DNA of 64,000 nucleotides, taken from positions 4,403,071 to 4,467,070 of the forward strand of contig CAVSFD010000002.1 in NCBI GenBank assembly GCA_963727175.1, written 5' to 3'. The stretch is from an uncultured Spirochaetota bacterium (GTDB taxonomy: Bacteria; Spirochaetota; UBA4802; UBA5550). How positions within the stretch are numbered: position 1 is the first letter of the stretch; each line of letters begins with the position of its first letter. The position numbers were made by a program, and so were the translations under genes. The notes below the pieces were generated by a model, which saw nothing but the letters and a program-made list of their open reading frames with translations, searched no databases and was not told the origin of the DNA. Below, piece after piece: positions 33,002 to 42,556 of this stretch.

Positions 33002-34009
33002 TCATGGCGCGCCCAGTTGTGTAAATGGTAAATACTTGAACTCATCCGTCAATAAATAATTGATGGGATGGCAGCCGCAGGTCTGCTTTGCCTGGCGCGT
33101 TGTTATGGCGCATGAGACAAAGCGGATACCGGGGTCCTTAAAGGCATAATTCATGCAGGTATTCATCTGTTCGTAAAACATGCCTGACCGTATATACCGG
33201 TCTGCGATCACATGCTGGCACATGATCAGCGTATTGCCCCTTTTCAGGTAAGTGGCAATCCCCACCACCCTTCCTTCTTTCGAATAAACGTGCATGCGCA
33301 CGGGAAGGAACAGTATGATGAAATAGTCCCTCATCACCAGGTAGTGGCCGAAGAGGAGGGAGTATCCGCGGTTTTTCCTGAAATTGGACCTGCAGATAAG
33401 GGCGAAGTATTTATAAGAAAACAGCGCCCTGAAGAAAACCTCATGATCGGGGATAACCTCCTCCATGATTCCATGTGACCGGTAGGTTTTGAGCTTTTTC
33501 TTAAACCTCCATCGGACCCTCGAATCGCGATAGGATGAGAGGAAATCCGCATGATCCCGGTATTTACCCCTGTCAAGACCGTACCAGAAGTCATCATAAT
33601 CATTGAAGCAGGACAACCACAGCCCGATGTAGATATAATACAGTTTATAAATGACGTAATGCACCGGCGAGACTACCCTGTTTTTTAAGTCCCAGATCCG
33701 CCCCGCTGCAGAGGCGTCTGCCAGGAGCAGCAGTATATGCAGCGGTGTATAGAATAGTAATTTCAATGACAGCATCAGGGGAAAAACAATATAACCGGCC
33801 GGTATAATAAAAAGAATACTCACCAGGCCCATGATATAATGCAGCGGCTTTTTAGCGTGGGGATACAGCTGCATCAATGTCAGGTCTGTTTCAACAGGGG
33901 CACTCACTGCTCTTCTCGCATATATGCCGCTCAACTGCCCGCAGTAGTTTTCATCTTTATAATATGCATCACTGGCTGCTATCGGGTTATTCGTGTTTCT
34001 AGAAATCAA
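33002..34009 (-). CDS. Hypothetical membrane-associated protein with possible C-terminal GNAT-like fold
   Basis: Hydrophobic N-terminal helices; EGRVVGIA...YIRSGMF...K..CGC resembles a GNAT/FemAB core. Confidence 0.5.
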   Translation of the reverse strand: MISRNTNNPIAASDAYYKDENYCGQLSGIYARRAVSAPVETDLTLMQLYPHAKKPLHYIMGLVSILFIIPAGYIVFPLMLSLKLLFYTPLHILLLLADASAAGRIWDLKNRVVSPVHYVIYKLYYIYIGLWLSCFNDYDDFWYGLDRGKYRDHADFLSSYRDSRVRWRFKKKLKTYRSHGIMEEVIPDHEVFFRALFSYKYFALICRSNFRKNRGYSLLFGHYLVMRDYFIILFLPVRMHVYSKEGRVVGIATYLKRGNTLIMCQHVIADRYIRSGMFYEQMNTCMNYAFKDPGIRFVSCAITTRQAKQTCGCHPINYLLTDEFKYLPFTQLGAP

Positions 34010-34571
34010 GTTCCTTCTTCACCGGCTTTTTATTCATTTCTATATCATGCAACTCCTTCTGCTTCTGCAAAAGTGTGTCGGTATACTGCACCTCAAACTT
34101 GTCCCATGAGGTTATGTTCTGGAAAAATATTTCATACCGGCCGCTGTCCGGATACCAGTTGGCAATAAGGTCAAGGGTATTGGTTATTTTTCGCTTTGAC
34201 GGCACGCCGTATTTTTCTTCAATAACCCTGACCACTTCATCAGGCTCCGGGTTCCCCGTTATTTTCTTTATCTTGACATTGATTTTATACAGGATGGATT
34301 TATGGTCAAAAATCAATTCGATAAGAAGCACCGGTTTATCGACTGCGATCTTTCTCAGCACCAGGGCGTTGTCAGCCTCATTGGTCACCTTGTATTCGCC
34401 TTCAAAATTATTCCTGACAATCTCCCTGATCTTTTCGCGGCTGGTTCCCAGCATGAGTTTGCGGTAACCGACCTCGACTGCCCCGGCGGATGATATAAAC
34501 GGCAACAATATGCTTCCGATAATAAAAAAACCGGTAAGAACGAAAAGAAATGACGATGCATTCTTTTTCAT
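33999..34571 (-). CDS. Hypothetical secreted protein
   Basis: RBS GGGGGA, signal peptide ending AGA, EKYG.P motif, ends ELDF. Confidence 0.65.
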   Translation of the reverse strand: MKKNASSFLFVLTGFFIIGSILLPFISSAGAVEVGYRKLMLGTSREKIREIVRNNFEGEYKVTNEADNALVLRKIAVDKPVLLIELIFDHKSILYKINVKIKKITGNPEPDEVVRVIEEKYGVPSKRKITNTLDLIANWYPDSGRYEIFFQNITSWDKFEVQYTDTLLQKQKELHDIEMNKKPVKKELDF

Positions 34572-34687
34572 GGTATCCCCCCACGCATTATCTTTATCTG
34601 TATATGCAAAAATTTGGCTCTCTATTAAAAATTGCAACTATTTTATAATCGGCTCAGGCATTTGGTATTGATTGCAGATTAATATCA

Positions 34688-34791
34688 GGGGTTGGAAGCC
34701 ATCCCGGCGAGCAGGCGACAGGGATGTCGCCGATTCCGCCGAGTCAACAGGAGGTTATACGAGGCGGACGGACGGGATGGTTCCCAACCCC
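34688..34791. repeat. GGA-hairpin palindromic element, copy B
   Basis: Outer IR GGGGTTGGAAGCCATCCCG/CGGGATGGTTCCCAACCCC around the same core as copy A. Confidence 0.85.
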
Positions 34792-34835
34792 CATAACAAC
34801 CATATACACATATTTCAATAATTTTTTTATATAGG

Positions 34836-35609
34836 CTAAGCAAACCCCTTGCAGAAGGCGTCGACATTTTTGCCGATAATGTCATGGTTGTATCCACCTT
34901 CAAGGAGGGCGTAGCGCCGGCCTCCGCAGAGCTTCTCCGAATATTCCTTCATGAGACGGCCCAGCTCGGTATAGTCTTCAGGGTACAGGAGATTTCCCCA
35001 GTCGTCTATTCCCTGGTCGAAGCCAGCCGCGGCCACGAAGATATCGATGTTCGCGAGGTCCTCCATGTATTCCTTCACTTCACGCAGGTAGTCCACCCGG
35101 TCATGGGACATCGGGTTAAGTATCGAAACCCTGAAGCCGTCCCTCCTGCCCTGCAGAATGTTTATGTTGCCGTCACCGGTGTGAAGGTCAAAATCAAGGA
35201 CGAAGGCGGACTTGATCTTACCATCCGCCCACAGGCGCAGCAGACTGACGCTGATATTGTTGAAGAAGCAGAAGCCCCAGCAGGAATCGGCGGAGGCATG
35301 GTGGCCCGGCGGCCGTATCACCGCGAAGGACGGATGGCCGCCATAGGCCCGCTCCGCGGCCAGGAGCGCCCCGCCCGCTGCGAGGGTAGCCATCTCATAC
35401 AGCTGATGATCGCTTTTAATGCGCTGAACGTGCTGCCCTCCATGGGCCCGCAGGATATCCTCTTCCGGGGCGGGTTCAGGCCTTATGATCTCGTACCGGT
35501 CCCTGTTGGCGGAAATAATTTCCATTATACTGTCAAGGCGCCCCGGCGCGGCCGCGGGATCTCCGGCATAATCGGAATTATAGTATTTTTCATGGAAGAT
35601 GATCTTCAT
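34836..35609 (-). CDS. Histone deacetylase family protein
   Basis: RPPGHHA, GFCFFNN, DFDLHTGDG, AGFD, LEGGY. Confidence 0.92.
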   Translation of the reverse strand: MKIIFHEKYYNSDYAGDPAAAPGRLDSIMEIISANRDRYEIIRPEPAPEEDILRAHGGQHVQRIKSDHQLYEMATLAAGGALLAAERAYGGHPSFAVIRPPGHHASADSCWGFCFFNNISVSLLRLWADGKIKSAFVLDFDLHTGDGNINILQGRRDGFRVSILNPMSHDRVDYLREVKEYMEDLANIDIFVAAAGFDQGIDDWGNLLYPEDYTELGRLMKEYSEKLCGGRRYALLEGGYNHDIIGKNVDAFCKGFA

Positions 35610-35636
35610 GGTCCCACCTCCGCAGGCGATCGTACA

Positions 35637-37034
35637 TCAGTTTTTCGGGATCTGCGCCTCTTCCGTCTCGTTCAGGTCCCGTTCTTCGCCATCCTCGTCG
35701 AGGTCATCCTCGAACTCTATCATATCCGCCGCGTCTGCGGCGGGAAGCTCTTCGACCTTCTTCAGCTTTTTCTCTATGGTGCGCGACTTTTTCGATGCAT
35801 CACCGATGGTGTTTCCTGCCTCGTCGATCTTTTTCTTCGCCTTGTCCAGGAGCACGCCGAACCTGCCGAATTCAGTTTTAATGGCGCCCAGGAGCTTCCA
35901 TACCTCGCTGGAGCGCTTTTCAATCGCCAGGGTGCGGAATCCCATCTGGAGGCTGTTCAGCAGGGCCGCCAGGGTCGTCGGTCCGGCTACCACGACGCGG
36001 CATTCCCTCTGTAAAAACTCGCAGAGGCCGGCCCTGCGGATGATCTCCGCGTAGAGCCCTTCGGTGGGCAGGTACATGACAGCAAAATCTGTCGTGCCGG
36101 GAGGGTCGATATATTTTTCACGTATTGTCTTTGCTTCATTTTTTATCACCGCTTCCAGCCTTTTCGAAGCATCCTCGGCAAGGGCGGGATTGGCCCTGTC
36201 CTGTGCTTCCACCAGCCGCTGGTAATCCTCCTGGGGAAATTTTGCATCAATGGGAAGCCATACAATATCGTCCCGGTCTCCAGTCCGCCCCGGCAGCTTG
36301 ATGGCAAATTCAACCTTGTCGTTGCTGCGCTTCTTGGTAGCAACATTCTCGGCGAATTGTTCCGGCGCCAGAACCTGTTCCAGCAATATACCCAGCTGTA
36401 CCTCACCCCATATCCCCCGGGGTTTGACCTTCGTAAGGACGTTTTTTAAATCTCCCACGCTTGCCGCCAGGGTCTGCATCTCGCCGAGGCCCTTATGGAC
36501 CATCTCGAGGCGCTCACTCACCATCTTAAAGGACTCTCCGAGCCTCTTTTCCAGGGTGGTCTGGAGCTTCTCGTCAACGGTCCCCCGGATCTGGTCGAGC
36601 TTTTTCGAATTCTCGTCCTGGAGGTGCTTGATGCGCTCCTCGATGGTGCGCCGCATCCATTCCATTTTTTTATCGTTCGTTTCGGTGAGATTCACCAGCT
36701 GCTTTGAAAAGGAATCGAGCATGTCCCTGTTGCTGCCGAAGGCGTCATTCATCCGTTTGACAAGGGAATCGCTGAAAATTCTGAAGGAGTTCATCAACTC
36801 CTCCCGGGCCTCCTTGGAGCTCTTCCCCGATTCAAGCCTGTTCTGGGAAATCTCGTTTTTCAGGGAAGTCTCAATGCCCTTTATGCTCTTCTCGAAATAG
36901 TCCAGGGCCGATTGAAACTGGCCCAGCAGGTTTTCATTGCTGGCCTTTGAAGCCTTGTATGACAGATAGGTGTTGACCAGGAGCAGGACAAGGACCGCCG
37001 CTGACAGGATGAGCAGAATCGTCACAACATTCAT
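35637..37034 (-). CDS. rmuC: DNA recombination protein RmuC
   Basis: RGIWGEVQL, PIDAKFP.EDY, KYIDPP.TTDFA.MYLPTE, GPTTL. Confidence 0.94.
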   Translation of the reverse strand: MNVVTILLILSAAVLVLLLVNTYLSYKASKASNENLLGQFQSALDYFEKSIKGIETSLKNEISQNRLESGKSSKEAREELMNSFRIFSDSLVKRMNDAFGSNRDMLDSFSKQLVNLTETNDKKMEWMRRTIEERIKHLQDENSKKLDQIRGTVDEKLQTTLEKRLGESFKMVSERLEMVHKGLGEMQTLAASVGDLKNVLTKVKPRGIWGEVQLGILLEQVLAPEQFAENVATKKRSNDKVEFAIKLPGRTGDRDDIVWLPIDAKFPQEDYQRLVEAQDRANPALAEDASKRLEAVIKNEAKTIREKYIDPPGTTDFAVMYLPTEGLYAEIIRRAGLCEFLQRECRVVVAGPTTLAALLNSLQMGFRTLAIEKRSSEVWKLLGAIKTEFGRFGVLLDKAKKKIDEAGNTIGDASKKSRTIEKKLKKVEELPAADAADMIEFEDDLDEDGEERDLNETEEAQIPKN

Positions 37035-37358
37035 TAAGAATCCTCCGGGATTGATATCTGCCCCCCGCCTGCAACGGCGGGGACTTGTATCATAGTAGAA
37101 TACGAATATCTGTATGATAATAATTCAATAAAAATATGATATGGCGGAAAATTTTACTTATCTGCCTTTACAAAAGAAGCACTTATGTACAATATATTTC
37201 AGGTCCCATGACAAATAGCGTCATAGTCAGAAATTAATCATGATTTATAGTTTTGTTAATGAGCAATCAGAAAATAATAGTTGATTTTATAATTTTTCTG
37301 AAGATACAAATAGATTCACTGATCTCTTTAACAAGAATTATCATAAAAGGAGGCTTCC

Positions 37359-38033
37359 ATGGCAGCAACATTCGAAATATATAAGAATAAAAACGGCGCA
37401 TACCGTTTCCGTTTGAAAGCTACCAACGGAGAAGTCATAGCGACAAGCGAAGGCTACTCATCCATACAGAGCTGTCTCAATGGCATTGACTCGGTAAAGT
37501 ATAACGCTGCCACAGCAGACATTATTGAATTTGACCCTGATAAGGATCTCCTTAAAGCCTGCGATAATGGCGATCTCTTCGGGGCGATAAAGGCCCTCAA
37601 TCAGGGGGCGAATCCCAACGCGGTTGATTCCGAAGGCGAACCTGCCATAGTGGAAGCCGCCGAATCCGGGAACCTTGACCTGGTCAAGCTCATGATCAGG
37701 AACAAGGCCAGCGTCAACTGTGCCGATCTCGGCGGAGAGACCCCGCTCCACGAAGCGAGCGAGGAAGGATATGACACTATCGTCCAGCTGCTTATAAAGG
37801 CCGGGGCAAAACTTGACGCGAAAGACAACAAGGGGAATACGCCCCTGCATAAAGCGCTGCTCCATGGCCAGGAAAAGACGGCACGGGTCCTCATCCGGGC
37901 CGGGGCAAACATTAACATCATCAATAATGATGTGAAAACCCCTCTCCAGATCGCAGATGAAAAAGGAATTCCCCTGACGGCGAAAAGCATGCCGGTGAAG
38001 AAGAAGGCGACAACAGCAGCGGTAAAGAATTAA
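37359..38033 (+). CDS. YegP (DUF1508) domain fused to ankyrin repeats
   Basis: FEIYK..GAYRFRLKATNGEVIATSEGY then GEPAI/GETPLH/GNTPLH/KTPL repeats; RBS AAGGAGG. Confidence 0.85.
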   Translation: MAATFEIYKNKNGAYRFRLKATNGEVIATSEGYSSIQSCLNGIDSVKYNAATADIIEFDPDKDLLKACDNGDLFGAIKALNQGANPNAVDSEGEPAIVEAAESGNLDLVKLMIRNKASVNCADLGGETPLHEASEEGYDTIVQLLIKAGAKLDAKDNKGNTPLHKALLHGQEKTARVLIRAGANINIINNDVKTPLQIADEKGIPLTAKSMPVKKKATTAAVKN

Positions 38034-38044
38034 AAGAAGAAGAA

Positions 38045-38629
38045 ATGATTGGATCACCGGCGGTTAATCCCGGAAAAATTATAAAAATACTGACCGATGA
38101 AATCGATGATACCTTTCATGAGGTAATGCCCTGGTTTGCGAAGGACGGGCTTGCCCGCACTTTCCGTTCCTCCGGTGATGAGTGGACCATCGATCAGATC
38201 CTGGAACACATATCCCTGGTCAATCATTACCTGCTGATACTCATAGACAAGGGGGCACGAAAGGCCCTCAAGGGTACTGACCGGATAAAGATTGAGCAGG
38301 AACTGGAAGGGTACGAACTAACCACTCCCCTCCTGGAAGACATCGGCATCAACAACTCCTTTGAGTGGAAAAGCCCCCCTCACATGGTGCCCACCGGCAC
38401 CCCCTTTTCCGGGCAGATACAGGAAGAGTTATTGAAACAGAAAACCAGGCTGATGGATATCCTTATGATGCTGAAAAACGGCGAAGGAGTATTATGCAAA
38501 ACCTCCATGTCGGTCCATTCCCTGGGGAAGCTCGATGTGTATCAATACACATATTTTTTATTGAAGCACATGAGGCGGCATATACAGCAGATGGAAGGTA
38601 TAGAAAAGGAATATTATGAACACCGATAG
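38045..38629 (+). CDS. DinB family protein
   Basis: WTIDQILEHI ... KHMRRHIQQ His triad. Confidence 0.82.
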   Translation: MIGSPAVNPGKIIKILTDEIDDTFHEVMPWFAKDGLARTFRSSGDEWTIDQILEHISLVNHYLLILIDKGARKALKGTDRIKIEQELEGYELTTPLLEDIGINNSFEWKSPPHMVPTGTPFSGQIQEELLKQKTRLMDILMMLKNGEGVLCKTSMSVHSLGKLDVYQYTYFLLKHMRRHIQQMEGIEKEYYEHR

Positions 38630-38670
38630 AGGCTATCGGCCATACTTTATTACAGAGGCCAGATCATTTC

Positions 38671-38814
38671 TGTTCTCGCAGAGGCGCAGGGGCGCAGAGA
38701 AAAAATAGAGAATAAAATCGTTACGTTTTAAAACCATTCCCCCAATAGATTACATCCTAGACTATCATGAGTGAACCGGCAAAACTCTGCGGCTCTGCGA
38801 CTCTGCGAGAGATA
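38671..38814. mobile_element. MITE-like element, copy 3
   Basis: TCTCGCAGAGGCGCAGGGGCGCAGAG ... CTCTGCGGCTCTGCGACTCTGCGAGA, between convergent genes. Confidence 0.7.
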
Positions 38815-38818
38815 TTCC

Positions 38819-40177
38819 CTACAGGTGCCTCTCTGCGTATTTACGAATCGCCTCATGGTATGCCCGTGCCACTGTTTTGACCCGTTCAGGCACCTTCCCC
38901 TCGCTTATCACGGCGAGCTCGCGCGCCTCCCGTAAATTATTCTGCTGGAGCGGCTCACCCAGGCAGAGGGTGCCGCGCACCAGCCGGTTCATCCGGAAAT
39001 TACGGGCATAGACTCCTTTCCGGCAGAAGCCCACCCTGCGCCCGCCGGGCAGCTGCATATCCGCCGGCGGCAGGTCCAGCATCCTGGTAAAGTTTTCCAG
39101 CACGTAAAAAGAGTACCGTATGGAGTTCCTGAGGTCAGGTGAAATAATGAGCCGTAGAAACTCGACGCGGGACTCCATGTTGTCAAGCTCGCCGCGGAGA
39201 AAGCATCCCGGCACGAAAACCGTGGAAAAGTCACGATCAGTTTCCGCGGTAGACTTCAACACCTCGCGGTAATCCGTCATCATGGCCTTCCGGGAACCGT
39301 AGTTTTTCGTCATGATCTCCAGGACGCGGCCGTACTTCTCGCGGTACCCCCCGGACTCGCCGCTCGAATCATAATGGACCATCACGGTGATATCGGGATG
39401 GAAGGCGTTGATGAGCTTCGCCCGGTATGGCATTTCGTATTCACTGTTAAAGAATTTGAGACGCCGTTTGTCTCCGGCATGGGCAAGAAGCATGGCAGCT
39501 TCGCTGTCCGTGATGAATTTGTCGCGCTGTTTTTCCATCACGGCGCTGCTGAAATTGCGTTTCATCCAGTAGTCGAAAGGAACCGGGTATACCTGCCTGT
39601 TGGCGTTCCTGGTGAGCATCACCAGGGCGCCGTCCTTTTCAAGGAGTTCCCGTAACATCAGGGCAGTTGCGAGATTGAGCATTGATTCATGGAACTTGAG
39701 ACGCCGGCCGTCCCTGTCGAAGAGCCACATGTACTTGCTTTCCCTGATCGCCTCTTCCATGGAACCGGCGCCGTGGCCCGGGTCAATTGCCACGCGGAGG
39801 CCCGACAGCGGCTGGCGTGATCCCGGCCTGTAACGAAACACCGGCTCCTCCATGGCCCGGACCTTCGCCGAAAATTCATCGCTGAAAGGTGCCCCTCCCT
39901 TGGAACGGTACGCTTCCCGTATCGCGTCATCGTCAAGAACGCGAAACATCTTGATAAAGACATCGTACTCGTTTTTATAGACCCTGCATTCAATCTTACC
40001 GGAACTTTTATCTTCCGGCGTCGCGTACATGGTTACCGAATCAGATTCGATAGAATAATAGCCCCTGAGAGATTCATCGCCGACAAGAAGTTTTGCGCGG
40101 CTCCCCGTCGTATCACATGCGGTCATGATAAGCAGGAGTAATAAGAAAAAATGAATCACACAGAATTTCATATTCAT
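38819..40177 (-). CDS. N-acetylmuramoyl-L-alanine amidase (Amidase_3-like), lipoprotein
   Basis: MTAC lipobox; VAIDPGHG, E..LNL, V.LTR, R..LIN, VHYD, LGE. Confidence 0.8.
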   Translation of the reverse strand: MNMKFCVIHFFLLLLLIMTACDTTGSRAKLLVGDESLRGYYSIESDSVTMYATPEDKSSGKIECRVYKNEYDVFIKMFRVLDDDAIREAYRSKGGAPFSDEFSAKVRAMEEPVFRYRPGSRQPLSGLRVAIDPGHGAGSMEEAIRESKYMWLFDRDGRRLKFHESMLNLATALMLRELLEKDGALVMLTRNANRQVYPVPFDYWMKRNFSSAVMEKQRDKFITDSEAAMLLAHAGDKRRLKFFNSEYEMPYRAKLINAFHPDITVMVHYDSSGESGGYREKYGRVLEIMTKNYGSRKAMMTDYREVLKSTAETDRDFSTVFVPGCFLRGELDNMESRVEFLRLIISPDLRNSIRYSFYVLENFTRMLDLPPADMQLPGGRRVGFCRKGVYARNFRMNRLVRGTLCLGEPLQQNNLREARELAVISEGKVPERVKTVARAYHEAIRKYAERHL

Positions 40178-40358
40178 TATGCCGGCCCGTTGACTTCCAG
40201 ATTATAATACTGATGAGTAATCTATGACGGCTGATGGTTTTTTTAAATCACTTTTTTATTATACCGGTAAAATCTACTTGATTTAATTATTGAGAGAGAT
40301 CATATTTTTTCAGCAGACTGCCCGTGGAGGCAGTAATCAACAATTATTGGAGTATTCT

Positions 40359-40565
40359 ATGCTGGATAAAATCGGTAGCATAATTATTCCCAATTTTATT
40401 GGGATCTGCTTGATGGTCATAGGATGGTACATAAGCATTCTCAACGTGGGATTGACCCGCTTCCAGGCTGATGTACTCTTTACAAAGTGGACACTGATGG
40501 GCCTGATTCTGATCATTATCGGGGCATATATCCCGAGGATATGGAACAAAATTCGCGGTAACTGA
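40359..40565 (+). CDS. Small two-TM hypothetical protein
   Basis: GGAG RBS, two hydrophobic helices, 68 aa. Confidence 0.6.
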   Translation: MLDKIGSIIIPNFIGICLMVIGWYISILNVGLTRFQADVLFTKWTLMGLILIIIGAYIPRIWNKIRGN

Positions 40566-40774
40566 TCATTCCTTTATAATCATATAGCCTGGTTCAAATA
40601 AATCTTATAGAATAGTAATTTCATAGCTCGTGATATTATATCATGAGCTAAAACGTTATTCCATATCAGTTTAAGTATGTCTTTTCAAATGTATTATATG
40701 GAATGATAATTGGTGTTCTGTATACAATCGACCTGTAATACATTTTTTGGCTGTAATATATAAAAGGAAATAAT

Positions 40775-40817
40775 CGTACCGATAACTATCGGTATATCAA
40801 TTTTTTACTCTGACCCC
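40775..40817 (+). repeat. Left copy of inverted repeat bracketing the 41-53 kb cluster
   Basis: CGTACCGATAACTATCGGTATATCAATTTTTTACTCTGACCCC; inverted counterpart at 53464-53504. Confidence 0.75.
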
Positions 40818-40923
40818 GCCACTATTTTTTATAGTGACTATCATATAAATATATACAAATTCATTAATTTCTTCATTTTCATAATAGACAAAAACAGATT
40901 AATCCATTTCTGTCCTGCCCTAA

Positions 40924-40939
40924 AACTGACTGGTCAGTA
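40924..40939. promoter_or_regulatory. Putative TetR-type operator
   Basis: AACTGACTGGTCAGTA palindrome in AT-rich leader. Confidence 0.5.
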
Positions 40940-41122
40940 TCCAATTATTATAGTAAATTTTTTCAATTTGGACAATTTTTGATATATCAGACTATGGCGA
41001 GACATAAAGAAATTAATAGTATATATATTCTATTATAAAAATCAAACCACCTTTTTTAAAGATTATTAAAATTATTAAATGTTTTTCAAAGAATTTATAA
41101 TGCTAATGTGGAAGAATATTAC

Positions 41123-41138
41123 TACCGACCGGACGGTT
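41123..41138. promoter_or_regulatory. Putative TetR-type operator
   Basis: TACCGACCGGACGGTT just upstream of TGTTATAAT (extended -10-like). Confidence 0.5.
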
Positions 41139-41200
41139 TGTTGTTATAATTTTTTAATATTGAAGATTCACAGGAATCTTCATGGCTATGGATACAAAAT

Positions 41201-42520
41201 ATGATCAGATTTTTAATATATCTGGCAATATCTGTAATAAAAGTTCACTGGAACAATCTCCTTTCAGAGAAAAGCCTGAGGAAATTCACTGAGCGGAGAA
41301 TTATTCGAATGATACGGAAAGCGTACAGGGATGTGCCCTACTACAAGCAGTTGTATGATCAATGCGGCGTCAGCATAAACGAGATAAAAACCCTTGAAGA
41401 TTTGAAAAAACTTCCCTGCATAACCAAGGACGAGATACGCGAACAATTTCCCGGCGGCATCGTTTCCTCGAAATTCAAAGTTGAGGATTGCCATTACTCG
41501 GCCACGACCGGATCCACCGGCAGATCCCTACCCTTCGTTTTCAACAATTCAGCGTACGCTTTTTACATCGCAACGGGTCTGCGCATGTACACCATGATAG
41601 GCTACCGGCCATGGCACAAGATGGTCTACATCAAGTACACTGCCATCAACTATCCGCACTTCGGCCCCTTTTTCAGGACCGAGCACATACCATCCACCAT
41701 TACCGTCAATGAACAGATCGCAATGCTGCGGAGAATGAAGCCCGACCTCCTGCTCGGCTACGCGTCCATTATCTTCGAAATCGCCCAGAAAGCGACCCCC
41801 GACGATCTGAAGCATATCAGGCCCAAATTCATCGGCATCAACTCCGAGCTCTCAACAAAGGACCAGCGCGATTTCATATCTTCGGTGTTCGGGTGTGCGG
41901 TATACGACGAATACTCGACCGAAGAGACATGGATGATCGCTTCCCAGTGCGGGCACGGGAATTACCATATTTTTACCGACAACGTGTGGATGGAATTTGT
42001 CGATAAAAACGGGAACAGCGTGAAGCCCGGTGAGGAAGGCGAAATTGTTCTGACCACATCACGGTGCGACGCCATGCCGTTTATCCGTTACCGCATCGGC
42101 GATATCGGGCGATACAGCGGGAACGCGTGCACCTGCGGCCTCGGTTACCCCCTTCTCGAGGCCTTCGACGGAAGGGCCGACGATTCCTTCATACTGCCCA
42201 GCGGCAAATACGTCTCCTCCCTGAAGATACTCAATACCTTTACCAGGTTTATAAAGAAATACCTCCATCTCATGGAGGAATTCAAGATTATTCAAAAGGA
42301 ACGGGGTTATATTGTCATTGAACTCGTCAAAGGCAGAGAATACAGCGACCGTCACTTCAAGGAGCTGACGGACAGCCTGCACGGTTTATTCGGCGAGCCT
42401 GTAACCATAAGCGTGGAGCCGGTGAACCATATTTCAATGAACAACAAGATAAAACGCAAGGCAATTGAATCCCGGGTACCAGCTAAAGACAAGGAGCCGG
42501 CCCTCATGTCAGCCATGTAA
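41201..42520 (+). CDS. Phenylacetate-CoA ligase/CapK-like adenylate-forming enzyme
   Basis: AY..VPYY, LP.ITK, TTGSTG, DEYSTEE, MPFIRYRIGD, GRADD. Confidence 0.87.
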   Translation: MIRFLIYLAISVIKVHWNNLLSEKSLRKFTERRIIRMIRKAYRDVPYYKQLYDQCGVSINEIKTLEDLKKLPCITKDEIREQFPGGIVSSKFKVEDCHYSATTGSTGRSLPFVFNNSAYAFYIATGLRMYTMIGYRPWHKMVYIKYTAINYPHFGPFFRTEHIPSTITVNEQIAMLRRMKPDLLLGYASIIFEIAQKATPDDLKHIRPKFIGINSELSTKDQRDFISSVFGCAVYDEYSTEETWMIASQCGHGNYHIFTDNVWMEFVDKNGNSVKPGEEGEIVLTTSRCDAMPFIRYRIGDIGRYSGNACTCGLGYPLLEAFDGRADDSFILPSGKYVSSLKILNTFTRFIKKYLHLMEEFKIIQKERGYIVIELVKGREYSDRHFKELTDSLHGLFGEPVTISVEPVNHISMNNKIKRKAIESRVPAKDKEPALMSAM

Positions 42521-42556
42521 CGGGCCGATCAGCATAGATGATAGATACAAGATATT

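Noticed and set aside
40566-41200. CRISPR array or replication origin in the long AT-rich spacer
   Set aside because: No regularly spaced direct repeats, cas genes or DnaA-box cluster.
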